A stretch of 64,000 nucleotides of DNA from Spirochaetia bacterium (GTDB taxonomy: Bacteria; Spirochaetota; Spirochaetia; CADAEX01): positions 1-64,000 of the forward strand of contig CAXXHA010000036.1 of assembly GCA_963662265.2 (NCBI GenBank). Reading direction: 5' to 3'. The position numbers and the translations under genes are program-made. Positions 50,596 through 60,469 of the stretch are shown piece after piece. The notes beneath the pieces are model-generated. The model searched no databases. It worked only from the letters and a program-made list of their open reading frames with translations, and was not told where the DNA came from. Position 1 is the first letter of the stretch; each line of letters starts with the position of its first letter.

Positions 50596-51957
50596 ATGAA
50601 TGAACATATATTAGTGGTTGATGATAAGGTAAATATCAGAATGGTTCTTAAGGGGATTCTGGAAAACAGCGGCTATAGTGTGACTGAGGCGGAAAACGGA
50701 AAATCAGCTTTATCTTCCATAGAAAAATCTGTTCCTGATCTTGTCCTGACTGATCTTAAAATGGATGAAATGAATGGTATTGAACTTACAAAAAAAATCA
50801 AGGAAAAATATTTAAATCTTCCTGTAATAATAATGACAGCTTATGGATCAATAACAAGCGCAGTCGATGCAATAAAATCGGGTGGATATGATTATATAAC
50901 GAAACCTATTGATTATGATCTTCTGAAAATCAAGATAAAAAGAGCCTGTGAGGAACGAGCCATAAAGAGAGAGAACAGGGATCTCAGGGAAAAACTCAAC
51001 AGGGGATGGAGCCTGGACAGGATTATCGGAAAGTCACCTGTCATGCAGAAGATGTTCTCTCTGATTAAAACAGTTGCGCCTGTTGATTCAAGTGTTCTGA
51101 TAGAGGGGGAATCAGGCACAGGAAAGGAACTTGTTGCAAGAGGCATCTATATCAACAGCAGGAGAAAGGAGGGGCCCTTTGTTGTTGTCGACTGCTCCTC
51201 TCTTCCAGCAGGTCTTCTTGAAAGTGAACTGTTCGGTTATGAAAAAGGGGCGTTTACAGGTGCTGCAGCCAGAAAAAAAGGGCGAATTGAACTTGCAAAT
51301 AAGGGAACTCTCTTTCTTGATGAGATAGGGGAGATGAGTCTTGAGCTCCAGTCAAAACTTCTCAGGGTTCTCCAGGAGAAGCAGATTCAGAGAATAGGAG
51401 GGCTTGAAACAATTGATGTGGATTTCCGGCTCATTGCAGCAACAAACAGGACTCTCTCCGATGAGGTTGAAAAGCGAAATTTCCGTTCAGACCTTTATTA
51501 CAGGCTCAATATTATCAATATTGATGTCCCCCCCCTCCGCAGCAGGACAGAAGATATTCCACTCCTTGCGGCAAATTTTATAAAGAGAATTTCAGAGAAA
51601 AACAGCCTCCCTGAAAAAACAATATCTCCTTCTCTCATGGAAAAAATGCTTTTATACAGGTGGCCCGGCAATGTAAGGGAGCTTGAAAACTGTATTGAAC
51701 GGCTCATGGTAATCAGCCAGGGAGATACTCTTGATGAGTATTTCTTTAATACAGAGACAGAAGACAGTTCAGAGGATGAAATCAAGAGCAGTGTAGACAA
51801 TGTTGCAGATAGTTATGATCTCTTTGAAATTGAAAAAAAGGTACTGCTGGAAGCTCTTGAAAAAGCACAGTGGAACAAGTCAAAGGCTGCCCGGATGCTT
51901 AATATAGACAGAAAAGCCCTCTACAACAGGATAAAAAAATACGGGATTGGGGAATAA
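50596..51957 (+). CDS. Sigma54-dependent response regulator (REC-AAA-HTH)
   Basis: GESGTGKE, GAFTGA, FLDEIG, WPGNVREL, Fis-type HTH. Confidence 0.95.
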   Translation: MNEHILVVDDKVNIRMVLKGILENSGYSVTEAENGKSALSSIEKSVPDLVLTDLKMDEMNGIELTKKIKEKYLNLPVIIMTAYGSITSAVDAIKSGGYDYITKPIDYDLLKIKIKRACEERAIKRENRDLREKLNRGWSLDRIIGKSPVMQKMFSLIKTVAPVDSSVLIEGESGTGKELVARGIYINSRRKEGPFVVVDCSSLPAGLLESELFGYEKGAFTGAAARKKGRIELANKGTLFLDEIGEMSLELQSKLLRVLQEKQIQRIGGLETIDVDFRLIAATNRTLSDEVEKRNFRSDLYYRLNIINIDVPPLRSRTEDIPLLAANFIKRISEKNSLPEKTISPSLMEKMLLYRWPGNVRELENCIERLMVISQGDTLDEYFFNTETEDSSEDEIKSSVDNVADSYDLFEIEKKVLLEALEKAQWNKSKAARMLNIDRKALYNRIKKYGIGE

Positions 51958-52064
51958 CCTGTTGTACCCTGAGAAGTTATAATTTTCTGAAACCTGTATA
52001 TTTTCCGGGATTCTGCAGAATTCAATGCTTTCTGATTTAATTTTTTAACAGTCTTAACAATATA

Positions 52065-52136
52065 AAACTGTGCCGATTGGCACAGTTTGTTCTTTTACGG
52101 TGTGTAAAACAGCACATGTGTTCCGCCGGGAATACA
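52065..52136 (+). promoter_or_regulatory. Upstream activator sequences (TGT-N10-ACA type)
   Basis: AAACTGTGCC-gatt-GGCACAGTTT (52065-52088), TGTG-N8-CACA (52101-52116), and the imperfect TGTGTTCC-gccg-GGAATACA (52117-52136). Confidence 0.7.
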
Positions 52137-52292
52137 TATGTTTCTGAAAAAATACAGCATTTCTTCAAGTTTTCAGATATTTTTTTAATAATTCTCTGCT
52201 CAAGGTATTTCTGTTTTCATTTTTGTGATTTTCCGGTCCGGTTTTCTGCTGAATTTCGTAATTTTTATAAATATTTATAATTCATAATAAGC

Positions 52293-52308
52293 TGGCATCT
52301 TTTTTGCA
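52293..52308 (+). promoter_or_regulatory. Sigma54 -24/-12 promoter of tctCBA
   Basis: TGGCATCTTTTTTGCA with exact GG-N10-GC spacing, 43 nt before the ATG. Confidence 0.85.
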
Positions 52309-52351
52309 TTAGGTAGGTGAAACATAATTATCATGAAAAAGGAGATTTTCA

Positions 52352-53305
52352 ATGAAAAAGAGTCTTTTACTGCTCATTCTTGCAGCAGCAATGATTTTAC
52401 CTGCATTTGCTTCAGGTGACAAGGAATCATATCCTTCTGACACAATTAATATTGTTGTTCCTTCAAAAGCAGGTGGATCAACAGACGGCTGTGCAAGACA
52501 GTTTGCTCAGACTGCAAAAAAATACTGGAAAGATGCAAACTTTGTTGTTGTAAACAAAGGTGGATCAGGCGGACTTAAAGGTTTTGATGAAATTGCAAGA
52601 GCAAAAGCAGACGGCTATACACTTGGTATGGTTTTCACACCTCAGCTTGTTGCTCATGTAGTATCAGGAAGATCACATTATACACTCGACAGTTTTCATA
52701 TCATAAGCAATGTTGTAGAAGATCCGGGTATTGTTGTTGTTCCTGCTGCAAGCGATATCAAGTCACTTGATGACCTCAAGGCTGCTGCTAAAGCAGAAAA
52801 ATTAGTTGCTACAGTAAATGGTATAGGAAGTGATGACTATATTGCTGCAAAAAATTTTGAAAAAATTGCAGGTGTTGAATTCAACCTCATGCCTACAAAA
52901 GGTTCAACAGAACAGAAAACAGCTGTTCTCGGCGGACATGTAGATGTTGCTTTCATGAACCTTTCCCAGATGCTTTCAAACCACAGGGAAGGTAAGGCAA
53001 GAATTATTGCTATTGCAACTAAAAAGAGATCTGATTTTGAAAACACTATCCCAACAGCTAAAGAGCAGGGATATGAGCTTTACATGACAGCTACAAGAGG
53101 TTTTGTTATCCAGGCAGATACAGCTCCTGAAATCCAGAAAGCTCTTGATGGACTTCTGTCAGATGTTCTTTCAGATCCTGAATTCAAGTCAGCAATGGAA
53201 AAACAGCTTATTGCACTTGCTCCAATGGACAGCAAGGAATACACAGAATACTTAACAAACCTCCAGGCTCAGACACAGGAAGTATATAACGCTAACCCCT
53301 GGTAA
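52352..53305 (+). CDS. tctC: Tripartite tricarboxylate transporter binding protein
   Basis: VVPSKAGGSTD..AR, VVVNKGGSGG, ADGYTL. Confidence 0.92.
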   Translation: MKKSLLLLILAAAMILPAFASGDKESYPSDTINIVVPSKAGGSTDGCARQFAQTAKKYWKDANFVVVNKGGSGGLKGFDEIARAKADGYTLGMVFTPQLVAHVVSGRSHYTLDSFHIISNVVEDPGIVVVPAASDIKSLDDLKAAAKAEKLVATVNGIGSDDYIAAKNFEKIAGVEFNLMPTKGSTEQKTAVLGGHVDVAFMNLSQMLSNHREGKARIIAIATKKRSDFENTIPTAKEQGYELYMTATRGFVIQADTAPEIQKALDGLLSDVLSDPEFKSAMEKQLIALAPMDSKEYTEYLTNLQAQTQEVYNANPW

Positions 53306-53321
53306 GGAATTAGGAAGAATA

Positions 53322-53768
53322 ATGACAAAAAAAATATTTGATTACGTAATACTTGTTTTTTGTGTTGTTCTTGCAGTACTGCTTCACCGCAGTACTGCAT
53401 CCTATCCTGAAATTTGTCAGAACAGCACAGCTTCATATGTACGGTTTTTGGCCCTGTGCCTAGCAATCCTGTCAATAGTACAGGTTGGTATTAATTACAA
53501 GAAGAACGATAATGGCTCTGTTGAAATATATAAGGATAAAAGAAAGTTTCTTACACTTCTTATCCTTCTTGTTATCTATGCACTCTTAATATCATATTTC
53601 GGCTTCATGCTTTCAACAGCGTTGTTCCTGCCGTTAACAATGGTTTTAATGGGGCATAAAAAGAAGATGACAATTATTTTATCTTCAGCCGGACTGCTTC
53701 TGTTTATTCAGTTTCTTTTTGTTTCATTACTTCAGGTCCCTCTCCCGGAAGGACTCATTTTCGGTTAG
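53322..53768 (+). CDS. tctB: TTT small membrane subunit
   Basis: About 4 TM segments, FGF, C-terminal LQVPLPEG. Confidence 0.88.
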   Translation: MTKKIFDYVILVFCVVLAVLLHRSTASYPEICQNSTASYVRFLALCLAILSIVQVGINYKKNDNGSVEIYKDKRKFLTLLILLVIYALLISYFGFMLSTALFLPLTMVLMGHKKKMTIILSSAGLLLFIQFLFVSLLQVPLPEGLIFG

Positions 53769-53839
53769 GCATCAGTATTTGATGATGCATTTAAAAGAGA
53801 CATTGGTTGTCTCTGTAATATGAATAATAGGGTAATATA

Positions 53840-55339
53840 ATGAATATTGATCTTATAAATATACTATTTACACTGTTCAGCTTTCAAAACCTGCTGGCAG
53901 TATTTTTAGGTACCCTTTCCGGGATTGTTGTCGGAGGGATACCCGGGCTAACGGCAACTATGGCTGTAGCTCTTCTTATACCTGTAACTTTTTCTCTTCC
54001 CCCTGTTACAGGCTTGATACTCATGGGCGGGGTTTACTGTGGTGCGATGTACGGTGGTTCAATTCCTGCAATCCTCCTCTATACACCTGGAACACCGGCT
54101 GCTGCCGCAACTGCACTTGACGGATATCCCCTATCCCGCCAGGGACACGGAGGTCTTGCATTAAAGGTTTCTGTAGTTTCAAGCTTTATCGGGGGAATTT
54201 TTTCAGCAGCCCTTCTTCTTCTTGTAGCGCAGCCTCTTGCTGCTGTTTCTCTCAAGTTCGGGCCTCCTGAATATTTCCTTCTGGCAATCATGGGGCTTGC
54301 AGGGATTGTATCTCTTGCAGAAGATGATGTAATAAAAGGACTTATATCCGGTATTGTCGGCCTGATTATTGCTGTAATCGGTACTGATATTATTTCCGGT
54401 CAGCTCAGGTACACAATGGGTTTTCATGACCTCTATGAGGGTGTCTCATTCATGCCTGCTCTTATCGGTATGTTCTCAATTACACAGATGCTTGAACTTA
54501 CAGGATTCGACAAGATTGTAACTGAGAAAGTTGATCTTAAATCCATAAAAAGGGAAAAAATGCCCAAGGGAATGGGTAAATTTATCGGTGTCGGTACTGC
54601 TTCAGGTACTGTTGTAGGTATTCTTCCCGGAGAGGGAGCTACTATTGCAGCATTTGTTGCATACAACTTTGCAAAGCAGATATCAAAGGTTAAGGAAAAA
54701 TTTGGTAAAGGGAACCCTGAAGGTATTGCAGCAGCAGAATCCGGAAACAACGGATGTGTAGGGGGATCTCTTATTCCTCTCCTCACACTCGGTATTCCCG
54801 GAAACAGTGTTGCAGCTGCTCTTCTTGGAGGACTCATGATTCATGGTCTTATCCCGGGACATGAGCTTTTTACATATCATGCTGATATTACATATACTTT
54901 CATGATTTCACTTTTCCTTGCTAATATCACTTTTCTTGCAATCGGAACATATTTTGCACCTTATTTTTCAAGAATCTCGCTTACTCCAAATGCAGTTCTG
55001 ATCCCGGCAGTATGTATGTTTGCTGTTGTAGGTGCTTACTCAATGAACAATGCTGTGTTTGATATATGGCTCATGCTTATATTTGCACTTCTCGGCCTTA
55101 TACTCAATAAAACAGGGTTTTCAACAAGTGCGGTTGTTCTTGGACTCATACTCGGACCTATTGCAGAAAATGGTTTTGCACAGTCTATGACTATTTCAGG
55201 CGGTTCAGGTTTGATCTTCTTTGAAAGCACAATTGCATGGATCCTGTGGGCTCTGATTATTGCGCTTCTTGCTCCTCCTTTTGTCAATATGTATAAAAAG
55301 GCGAAACAGAAGAAAGCTGAGGCTGTTTCAGAAGCATAA
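53840..55339 (+). CDS. tctA: TTT large membrane subunit
   Basis: PGLTATMAVALL, YGGSIPAIL..PGTP, DGYP, ESGNN, LTLGIPG. Confidence 0.95.
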   Translation: MNIDLINILFTLFSFQNLLAVFLGTLSGIVVGGIPGLTATMAVALLIPVTFSLPPVTGLILMGGVYCGAMYGGSIPAILLYTPGTPAAAATALDGYPLSRQGHGGLALKVSVVSSFIGGIFSAALLLLVAQPLAAVSLKFGPPEYFLLAIMGLAGIVSLAEDDVIKGLISGIVGLIIAVIGTDIISGQLRYTMGFHDLYEGVSFMPALIGMFSITQMLELTGFDKIVTEKVDLKSIKREKMPKGMGKFIGVGTASGTVVGILPGEGATIAAFVAYNFAKQISKVKEKFGKGNPEGIAAAESGNNGCVGGSLIPLLTLGIPGNSVAAALLGGLMIHGLIPGHELFTYHADITYTFMISLFLANITFLAIGTYFAPYFSRISLTPNAVLIPAVCMFAVVGAYSMNNAVFDIWLMLIFALLGLILNKTGFSTSAVVLGLILGPIAENGFAQSMTISGGSGLIFFESTIAWILWALIIALLAPPFVNMYKKAKQKKAEAVSEA

Positions 55340-55375
55340 AATATAATTCCTCTTAAGGATTTTCATAATTTCCCC

Positions 55376-55413
55376 GGGGTATCTGTTTTTCCGGCAGATA
55401 CCCCCTTTTTTTT
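55376..55413 (+). terminator. Rho-independent terminator after tctA
   Basis: GGGGTATCTG...CAGATACCCC followed by T8. Confidence 0.85.
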
Positions 55414-55569
55414 ATCCTGTCTTTTTAATCGAGCTATTCAATAAAACCATTGGCTGTTTGAGTCCTTTTTTCTGTTTGTTCCCGGTATTCAGTACATAAA
55501 ACAAGTCGCGTAAGAATTCTGAAGTTGATATTACTCTGTTTTTATGCAGGTTAAGAAGGAATACCTGTG

Positions 55570-55727
55570 ATATGGGAAATAGAGGTAGAATAAAGGAAGA
55601 ATGTCCGGAATATGGGGAATGGGGGTAGAATAAGCGAAAAACAGTTTTAAAGAAGGGGTTAGGAGTAAAATAAAAGAAATATGAGAAAAAGGAAGTGGTT
55701 TGTTGCAGTTTGTTGCGATTTGATGTA
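55570..55727 (+). repeat. Phased direct repeats upstream of the HTH-EIIA gene
   Basis: 24-mer repeated at a 40-bp period (55570 and 55610, 21/24 identical; weaker third copy near 55661), plus three 10-mers GTTTGTTGCA/GTTTGTTGCG/ATTTGATGTA (55698-55727). Confidence 0.65.
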
Positions 55728-55737
55728 GTATGACTGC

Positions 55738-56385
55738 ATGGAAAAGATAATGACGTTGGAAGAAGTGGCTGAGTTCCTCAGGGTATCTGAGAGGACTGTT
55801 GCAGAATGGGCCGGTAAGGGGGAACTTCCCGGCGGAAAAATCGGTACAACCTGGAGATTCAGGTCGTCTGATATAGAAGACTGGCTTAACAACAAGCTTT
55901 CACCCAGGATTAAGAAAGACAGCAATAGTTATGATTCTCTTAAACCTCTGATCACATCATCAAGGATTGCTGTTCTTGATGATGAGTATAAGTCTGATGT
56001 GCTTAACAGGATGATTGACCTTCTTGTCGATGTGCCTGGCGTGAACAGCAGGTCGGAAATTGCAAATGCAATATTTGCGCGTGAAGAGATCATGAGTACC
56101 GGAATCGGTCTGTCTATTGCTATTCCCCACTGCAGGCTCAACAATGTAAGGGATATAACAGTGGCTGTAGGTATAACACGGAAGCCTGTTTATGATTATG
56201 AATCAATGGATGATAAACCAGTGAAAATTGTTGTGATGATTCTTGCAGGACGGAACCTCCATACAGAATATATCAAAGTCCTTTCACTTGTTTCATCCTT
56301 TCTGAAAAAAGAAGGTATAAGGGACCGTCTTCTTGAAGCTGAAACAAAAGAGGATGTTCTTTCTGTTTTTATGGGAGGTGAGTAA
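55738..56385 (+). CDS. Xis/BldC-like HTH (HTH_17) fused to PTS EIIA (Fru/Ntr type)
   Basis: MTLEEVAEFLRVSERTV..W...GELPGGKIG..WRF; RE.IMSTGIG.SIAIPH phospho-His motif. Confidence 0.9.
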   Translation: MEKIMTLEEVAEFLRVSERTVAEWAGKGELPGGKIGTTWRFRSSDIEDWLNNKLSPRIKKDSNSYDSLKPLITSSRIAVLDDEYKSDVLNRMIDLLVDVPGVNSRSEIANAIFAREEIMSTGIGLSIAIPHCRLNNVRDITVAVGITRKPVYDYESMDDKPVKIVVMILAGRNLHTEYIKVLSLVSSFLKKEGIRDRLLEAETKEDVLSVFMGGE

Positions 56386-56386
56386 T

Positions 56387-58048
56387 ATGCTTGAGCTTGA
56401 AACAGGTCTGCTGTTCCTGTTCGGTCTTGCAATTTTCGGCGGTATTTTAAGCGCACTGCTTTTTAAAAAGATTAAAATACCCCAGGTGCTGGGATATATT
56501 GCAATGGGCATTGTCATAGGGAAGAGCGGGTTCCGCCTTATTTCGCAGGTCCATATAGACCATCTTGTTACTTTTAATTATTTTGCTCTAGGCATTATCG
56601 GATTTCTGGTAGGAGCTGAAATAAAATTCGATGATATGAAAAAATACGGAAAGCAGTTTTCTCTTATCCTGCTGGGAGAAGGGGTGATTGCTTTCATACT
56701 GGTCGGGGGACTTGTAACTCTCTGCCTGTGGAAGGTGACCGGGAATATTCCGGTGTCTCTTGCAGGGGGACTTGTTTTCGGTGCAATAGCATCCGCGACT
56801 GATCCTGCAGCAACAATAAATGTTCTATGGGAATACCGTACTGCAGGAATACTTACCACAACAGTTATTGCAATTGTAGCGCTTGATGATGCGCTTGCAA
56901 TGTTTCTATACGGACTGGGAACAAGTGTATCAAGCCTGCTGACAGGTGAAGGTGCTTCTGTTGTCAGGGAACTGGGTTCTGTTTTTCTTGAACTGCTTTA
57001 CTCGGCAGGGACAGGTATTGTAACAGGTCTTCTCCTTGGATGGACAATAAGAAAGGTAAGAAACAGGGATACACTGTTTGTGCTCAGTTTCGGACTTCTT
57101 CTGATATGTATAGGCCTCAGTGTTCTCATGGAATTTGATATTATTCTTGCAGCGATGTTTGCCGGAGTTACATTTGTCAACCTTGTTCCAGCGAGAAGCA
57201 GGGATATTGTTGATAATATCAAAGGGATATCAACCCCTATTTATATACTGTTCTTTGTTCTTGTTGGTGCCAGGATTAATTTTGCATCCATGCCTTCATG
57301 GCTCTGGCTGATCATAGCTGTTTATGTTGTTTTCAGAAGTGCCGGCAAGTATCTCGGGGCAATGTCAGGAGCCTTGATATCAAAGGCGGAACCTGTTGTT
57401 GTAAAGAATATAGGAATGACGCTTTTTTCTCAGGGGGGAGTCGCAATAGGTCTTTCCATAATGGCAGGAAACCATCTTGACGGGATTGCTGTTGCAGACA
57501 GTCTTTCACTCGGAGATGTTATTGTTTCCGGTGTGACAACAACAACTTTTATTGTACAGCTTATCGGTCCTTTCATGGTTAAAATTGCTGCCAGAAGAGC
57601 AGGTGAAGCAGGCAGGAATGTTACGCTTGAGGATGTAATTGCCTCCTGGAAAACAGAGGACTGTATTGAAGAGAATTCAATTTCTGTAAATGTGAATGAC
57701 ACAATAAGGGATATTATTGATCTGTTTTCCGAATCTGATGTTTCTTTCGTATCAGTCACAGACAGCAATAAGCAGTTCAAGGGTATTATTACATTCAAAG
57801 CTCTTAAATCAGTGCTTTTTGATTCATCAACATGGGACTGGCTTGTTGCAGAGGATTTTCTCAGGAAGGTGAAGAATTATGCTGTTCATAATTCTTCTCT
57901 TGCAGATTCTGTTGATCTGATGAATCATCTTCATCTTGATCAGCTGCCTGTTCTTTCCGGCTATGACTCTTCAACATGGCTGGGTGTAATAGACAGGAAA
58001 AAGATAACAAGAGCAGCCAGAAAAAGCATCATGTCAACTGCTGCATAA
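56387..58048 (+). CDS. Cation:proton antiporter with C-terminal CBS pair
   Basis: KIPQVLGY, ASATDPAAT, ALDD, FFVLVGA, QGGVAIG; SD GGAGGTG before ATG 56387. Confidence 0.88.
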   Translation: MLELETGLLFLFGLAIFGGILSALLFKKIKIPQVLGYIAMGIVIGKSGFRLISQVHIDHLVTFNYFALGIIGFLVGAEIKFDDMKKYGKQFSLILLGEGVIAFILVGGLVTLCLWKVTGNIPVSLAGGLVFGAIASATDPAATINVLWEYRTAGILTTTVIAIVALDDALAMFLYGLGTSVSSLLTGEGASVVRELGSVFLELLYSAGTGIVTGLLLGWTIRKVRNRDTLFVLSFGLLLICIGLSVLMEFDIILAAMFAGVTFVNLVPARSRDIVDNIKGISTPIYILFFVLVGARINFASMPSWLWLIIAVYVVFRSAGKYLGAMSGALISKAEPVVVKNIGMTLFSQGGVAIGLSIMAGNHLDGIAVADSLSLGDVIVSGVTTTTFIVQLIGPFMVKIAARRAGEAGRNVTLEDVIASWKTEDCIEENSISVNVNDTIRDIIDLFSESDVSFVSVTDSNKQFKGIITFKALKSVLFDSSTWDWLVAEDFLRKVKNYAVHNSSLADSVDLMNHLHLDQLPVLSGYDSSTWLGVIDRKKITRAARKSIMSTAA

Positions 58049-58098
58049 AGCTGTTGCCCGGTAATAAATCACCGGTTTTACTGTAGAATTATTATCAG

Positions 58099-58151
58099 CC
58101 GGAGTATTATTTTCAGTTTCAGTCTGAAGATGATTTGCTCCGGTTTTTTTT
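58099..58151 (+). terminator. Putative terminator after the antiporter gene
   Basis: Long imperfect hairpin CCGGAG...CTCCGG followed by a T tract. Confidence 0.55.
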
Positions 58152-58320
58152 GTCTCCTGCAGATATAATTTAAAAAAAATAATCAATCTGTACAAATAAC
58201 AGTTTCGAACAGACAAATTCATATTTTTTTATGCATTTCATCAGTTCATAGTCATATAATTTAGAATGTATACATCTTCTGCTTGATTAAAGTCTCCGGA
58301 CGAAAAACAGAGGAAGAACT

Positions 58321-60129
58321 ATGTCTGATAAAAGATTGATCAGGAATATATTTAAACCTGAAAAAAACAAGCTCTGGCATGTAATTATTATCCCGTCCCT
58401 CGTTATAATCATATCTCTTGCAGCATTCATGTATATAGAGGCTGAATATTTCAGCCGAAAACTCAATTCCGATACAATAGCAAAACTTCAGGATAACAGC
58501 TGTAATCAGATTGAAAATATTATAGAAAATTATCTCAATGCATCATCTGAAACAATCATTCTAAATGCAAAACTCTTTGAAAGGGGACTTATTCTCCCTG
58601 ATGATGCCAGGAGAACTGCCCTGTTTTTCCTTGACGAGGTTGTAAATAACCGTTTTGTGGATAATGTGTACTTTGCAAATGAGGAGGGGGGGGGAATCTC
58701 TTCCGGCATCACAGAAGGGGAGAAAAGAATATCCTATACAGAAAATATGAAGAGATCGCCGTTTCTGGTAAACAGGGTTAATAATGACAACAAACTTGAA
58801 TATCTTGAAACTGTCTATGATTTTAATCCTGAAGCAAAATCCTGGTATAGGGGGGCAGATACTCCCGGGGAAGTATTCTGGACAGATATATATTCCGGAG
58901 TACAGGATCCTGTTCTCTGTATAAGTAATTCTGTCGGTGTATTTGACAGCAGCGGGAAAAGGACCGGGGTATTCGGATGCGATGTTCTTCTTGATAAGAT
59001 GTCATCCTGCTTAAGAAAGATCAGGATAAGCAGCAGTTCCAGAATTTACCTTTTTGAAACAGACGGCAGTTTAATTGCCGACACTGGACTCGAAAGCCTG
59101 TTTATTGAAAAAAACGGGACTCTGAACAGGTTGAACGCATCTGACAGTGCAAATTCTGTTTTAAGCAGTCTTTTTTCCAGCCTTGCAGTAAGCCCTGATT
59201 TTATCAGGAAAAAGACTGCAGTTTCTTCAGGCAATAAAAAATATTATGCAGATATTAATGCGTATAAAGTATCTGATAAGGTGTCATGGATATATGCTGT
59301 TGTAATTCCTGAAGATGATTTTCTTGCCGGCTATTATATACTGATAAGAAGGGTTAAAAGAATTGTCTCTGTTATGGTTTTTATAACAGCAGTTACATAT
59401 GTACTGATATCTCTCTGGATTCTTACTCCGGTAAAGCAGCTGCTTCTTGAAATACATGTTATGGCAAGAGGTAAATGGGGAAGTATAACTGAAACAGGAA
59501 GGAAAGATATATTTGGTGATCTTATACACTCATTCAACAGCATGTCAGGAGCGCTGAGCAGCCTTTTCTCCGATCTTGAGAAAAAAAATGAAGAACTCAA
59601 CCTTACACTTGAAGAGTGTGTCAGGGCTCGCTCTGAACAGCCATGCCTGCCGGGTAATACTGATGAACTTACAGGTCTCTGCAGCCGCAGTTATCTTACC
59701 GATACCCTTGAAAAGGAATATTCTGTTTTCAACCGGTATGGAATCAAGCTTTCAGTTGTTCTGTTTGATCTCGATAATTTCACTGAAATAAATAATACAG
59801 ACGGGCATCCTGCCGGAGATGATGTTCTCAGGAAAACAGCTGAACTCATGAAAAAAAACTGCAGGGATACAGATACTGTCGGGCGGTATGAGGGGGGAGG
59901 ATTTTTCCTGATAATGCCGCAGACCGGTATTCGGAATGCACTTGTTGCGGCTGAAAGATACAGATCAGCTGTTTCAGGGACAGTTTTCGGCAGCAGGGAA
60001 ATCAGGGTTACAATCAGCGGAGGCGCAGCTGAACTTGAAAAAGGGGAATCTCCTGATCAGCTTGTATCAAGGGCGGAAAGCCTGTTGCTCAGGGCAAAGG
60101 AAAACGGCAGGAACAGGATTGAATCCTGA
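58321..60129 (+). CDS. dCache-HAMP protein with degenerate GGDEF domain
   Basis: Two TM segments, SWY..A/WTDIY Cache motifs, HAMP; active site reads RYEGGGF; RDTD I-site retained. Confidence 0.85.
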   Translation: MSDKRLIRNIFKPEKNKLWHVIIIPSLVIIISLAAFMYIEAEYFSRKLNSDTIAKLQDNSCNQIENIIENYLNASSETIILNAKLFERGLILPDDARRTALFFLDEVVNNRFVDNVYFANEEGGGISSGITEGEKRISYTENMKRSPFLVNRVNNDNKLEYLETVYDFNPEAKSWYRGADTPGEVFWTDIYSGVQDPVLCISNSVGVFDSSGKRTGVFGCDVLLDKMSSCLRKIRISSSSRIYLFETDGSLIADTGLESLFIEKNGTLNRLNASDSANSVLSSLFSSLAVSPDFIRKKTAVSSGNKKYYADINAYKVSDKVSWIYAVVIPEDDFLAGYYILIRRVKRIVSVMVFITAVTYVLISLWILTPVKQLLLEIHVMARGKWGSITETGRKDIFGDLIHSFNSMSGALSSLFSDLEKKNEELNLTLEECVRARSEQPCLPGNTDELTGLCSRSYLTDTLEKEYSVFNRYGIKLSVVLFDLDNFTEINNTDGHPAGDDVLRKTAELMKKNCRDTDTVGRYEGGGFFLIMPQTGIRNALVAAERYRSAVSGTVFGSREIRVTISGGAAELEKGESPDQLVSRAESLLLRAKENGRNRIES

Positions 60130-60469
60130 ATAACCATTTTGTTACTGTTGTTTACAGGCTGAAATCCGGATTTGCATGATAAGGGAATCTTTAAAAACTA
60201 TGTTTTTAATTTTGCATCATTTTATTCTGATTCAGAATATAGCCTCTTGTGTGACAATAATTTGCTGTATACAGAAAACATAGTTTTTTTCTTATAGATT
60301 CCTCTCTTCGGGGACAGTTTTCTTGTAGGCAACCATCTAAAAAAATCAGATATGTATAATTGTTTTATTACTCAATCCCTGGTTTGTTCCGGGTGCTGGA
60401 TTTTAAAATGATTTTCAAAATCCGTATTATCGCATTATAATTAATTAAATTATTCAGCAGGAGGATAAA

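Noticed and set aside
55570-55680. Mini CRISPR array
   Set aside because: Only 2-3 degenerate copies, spacers of about 16 nt, no palindrome and no cas genes.
55738-55900. Prophage or integrative-element excisionase
   Set aside because: The HTH is fused to EIIA; there is no integrase, att site or phage gene nearby.
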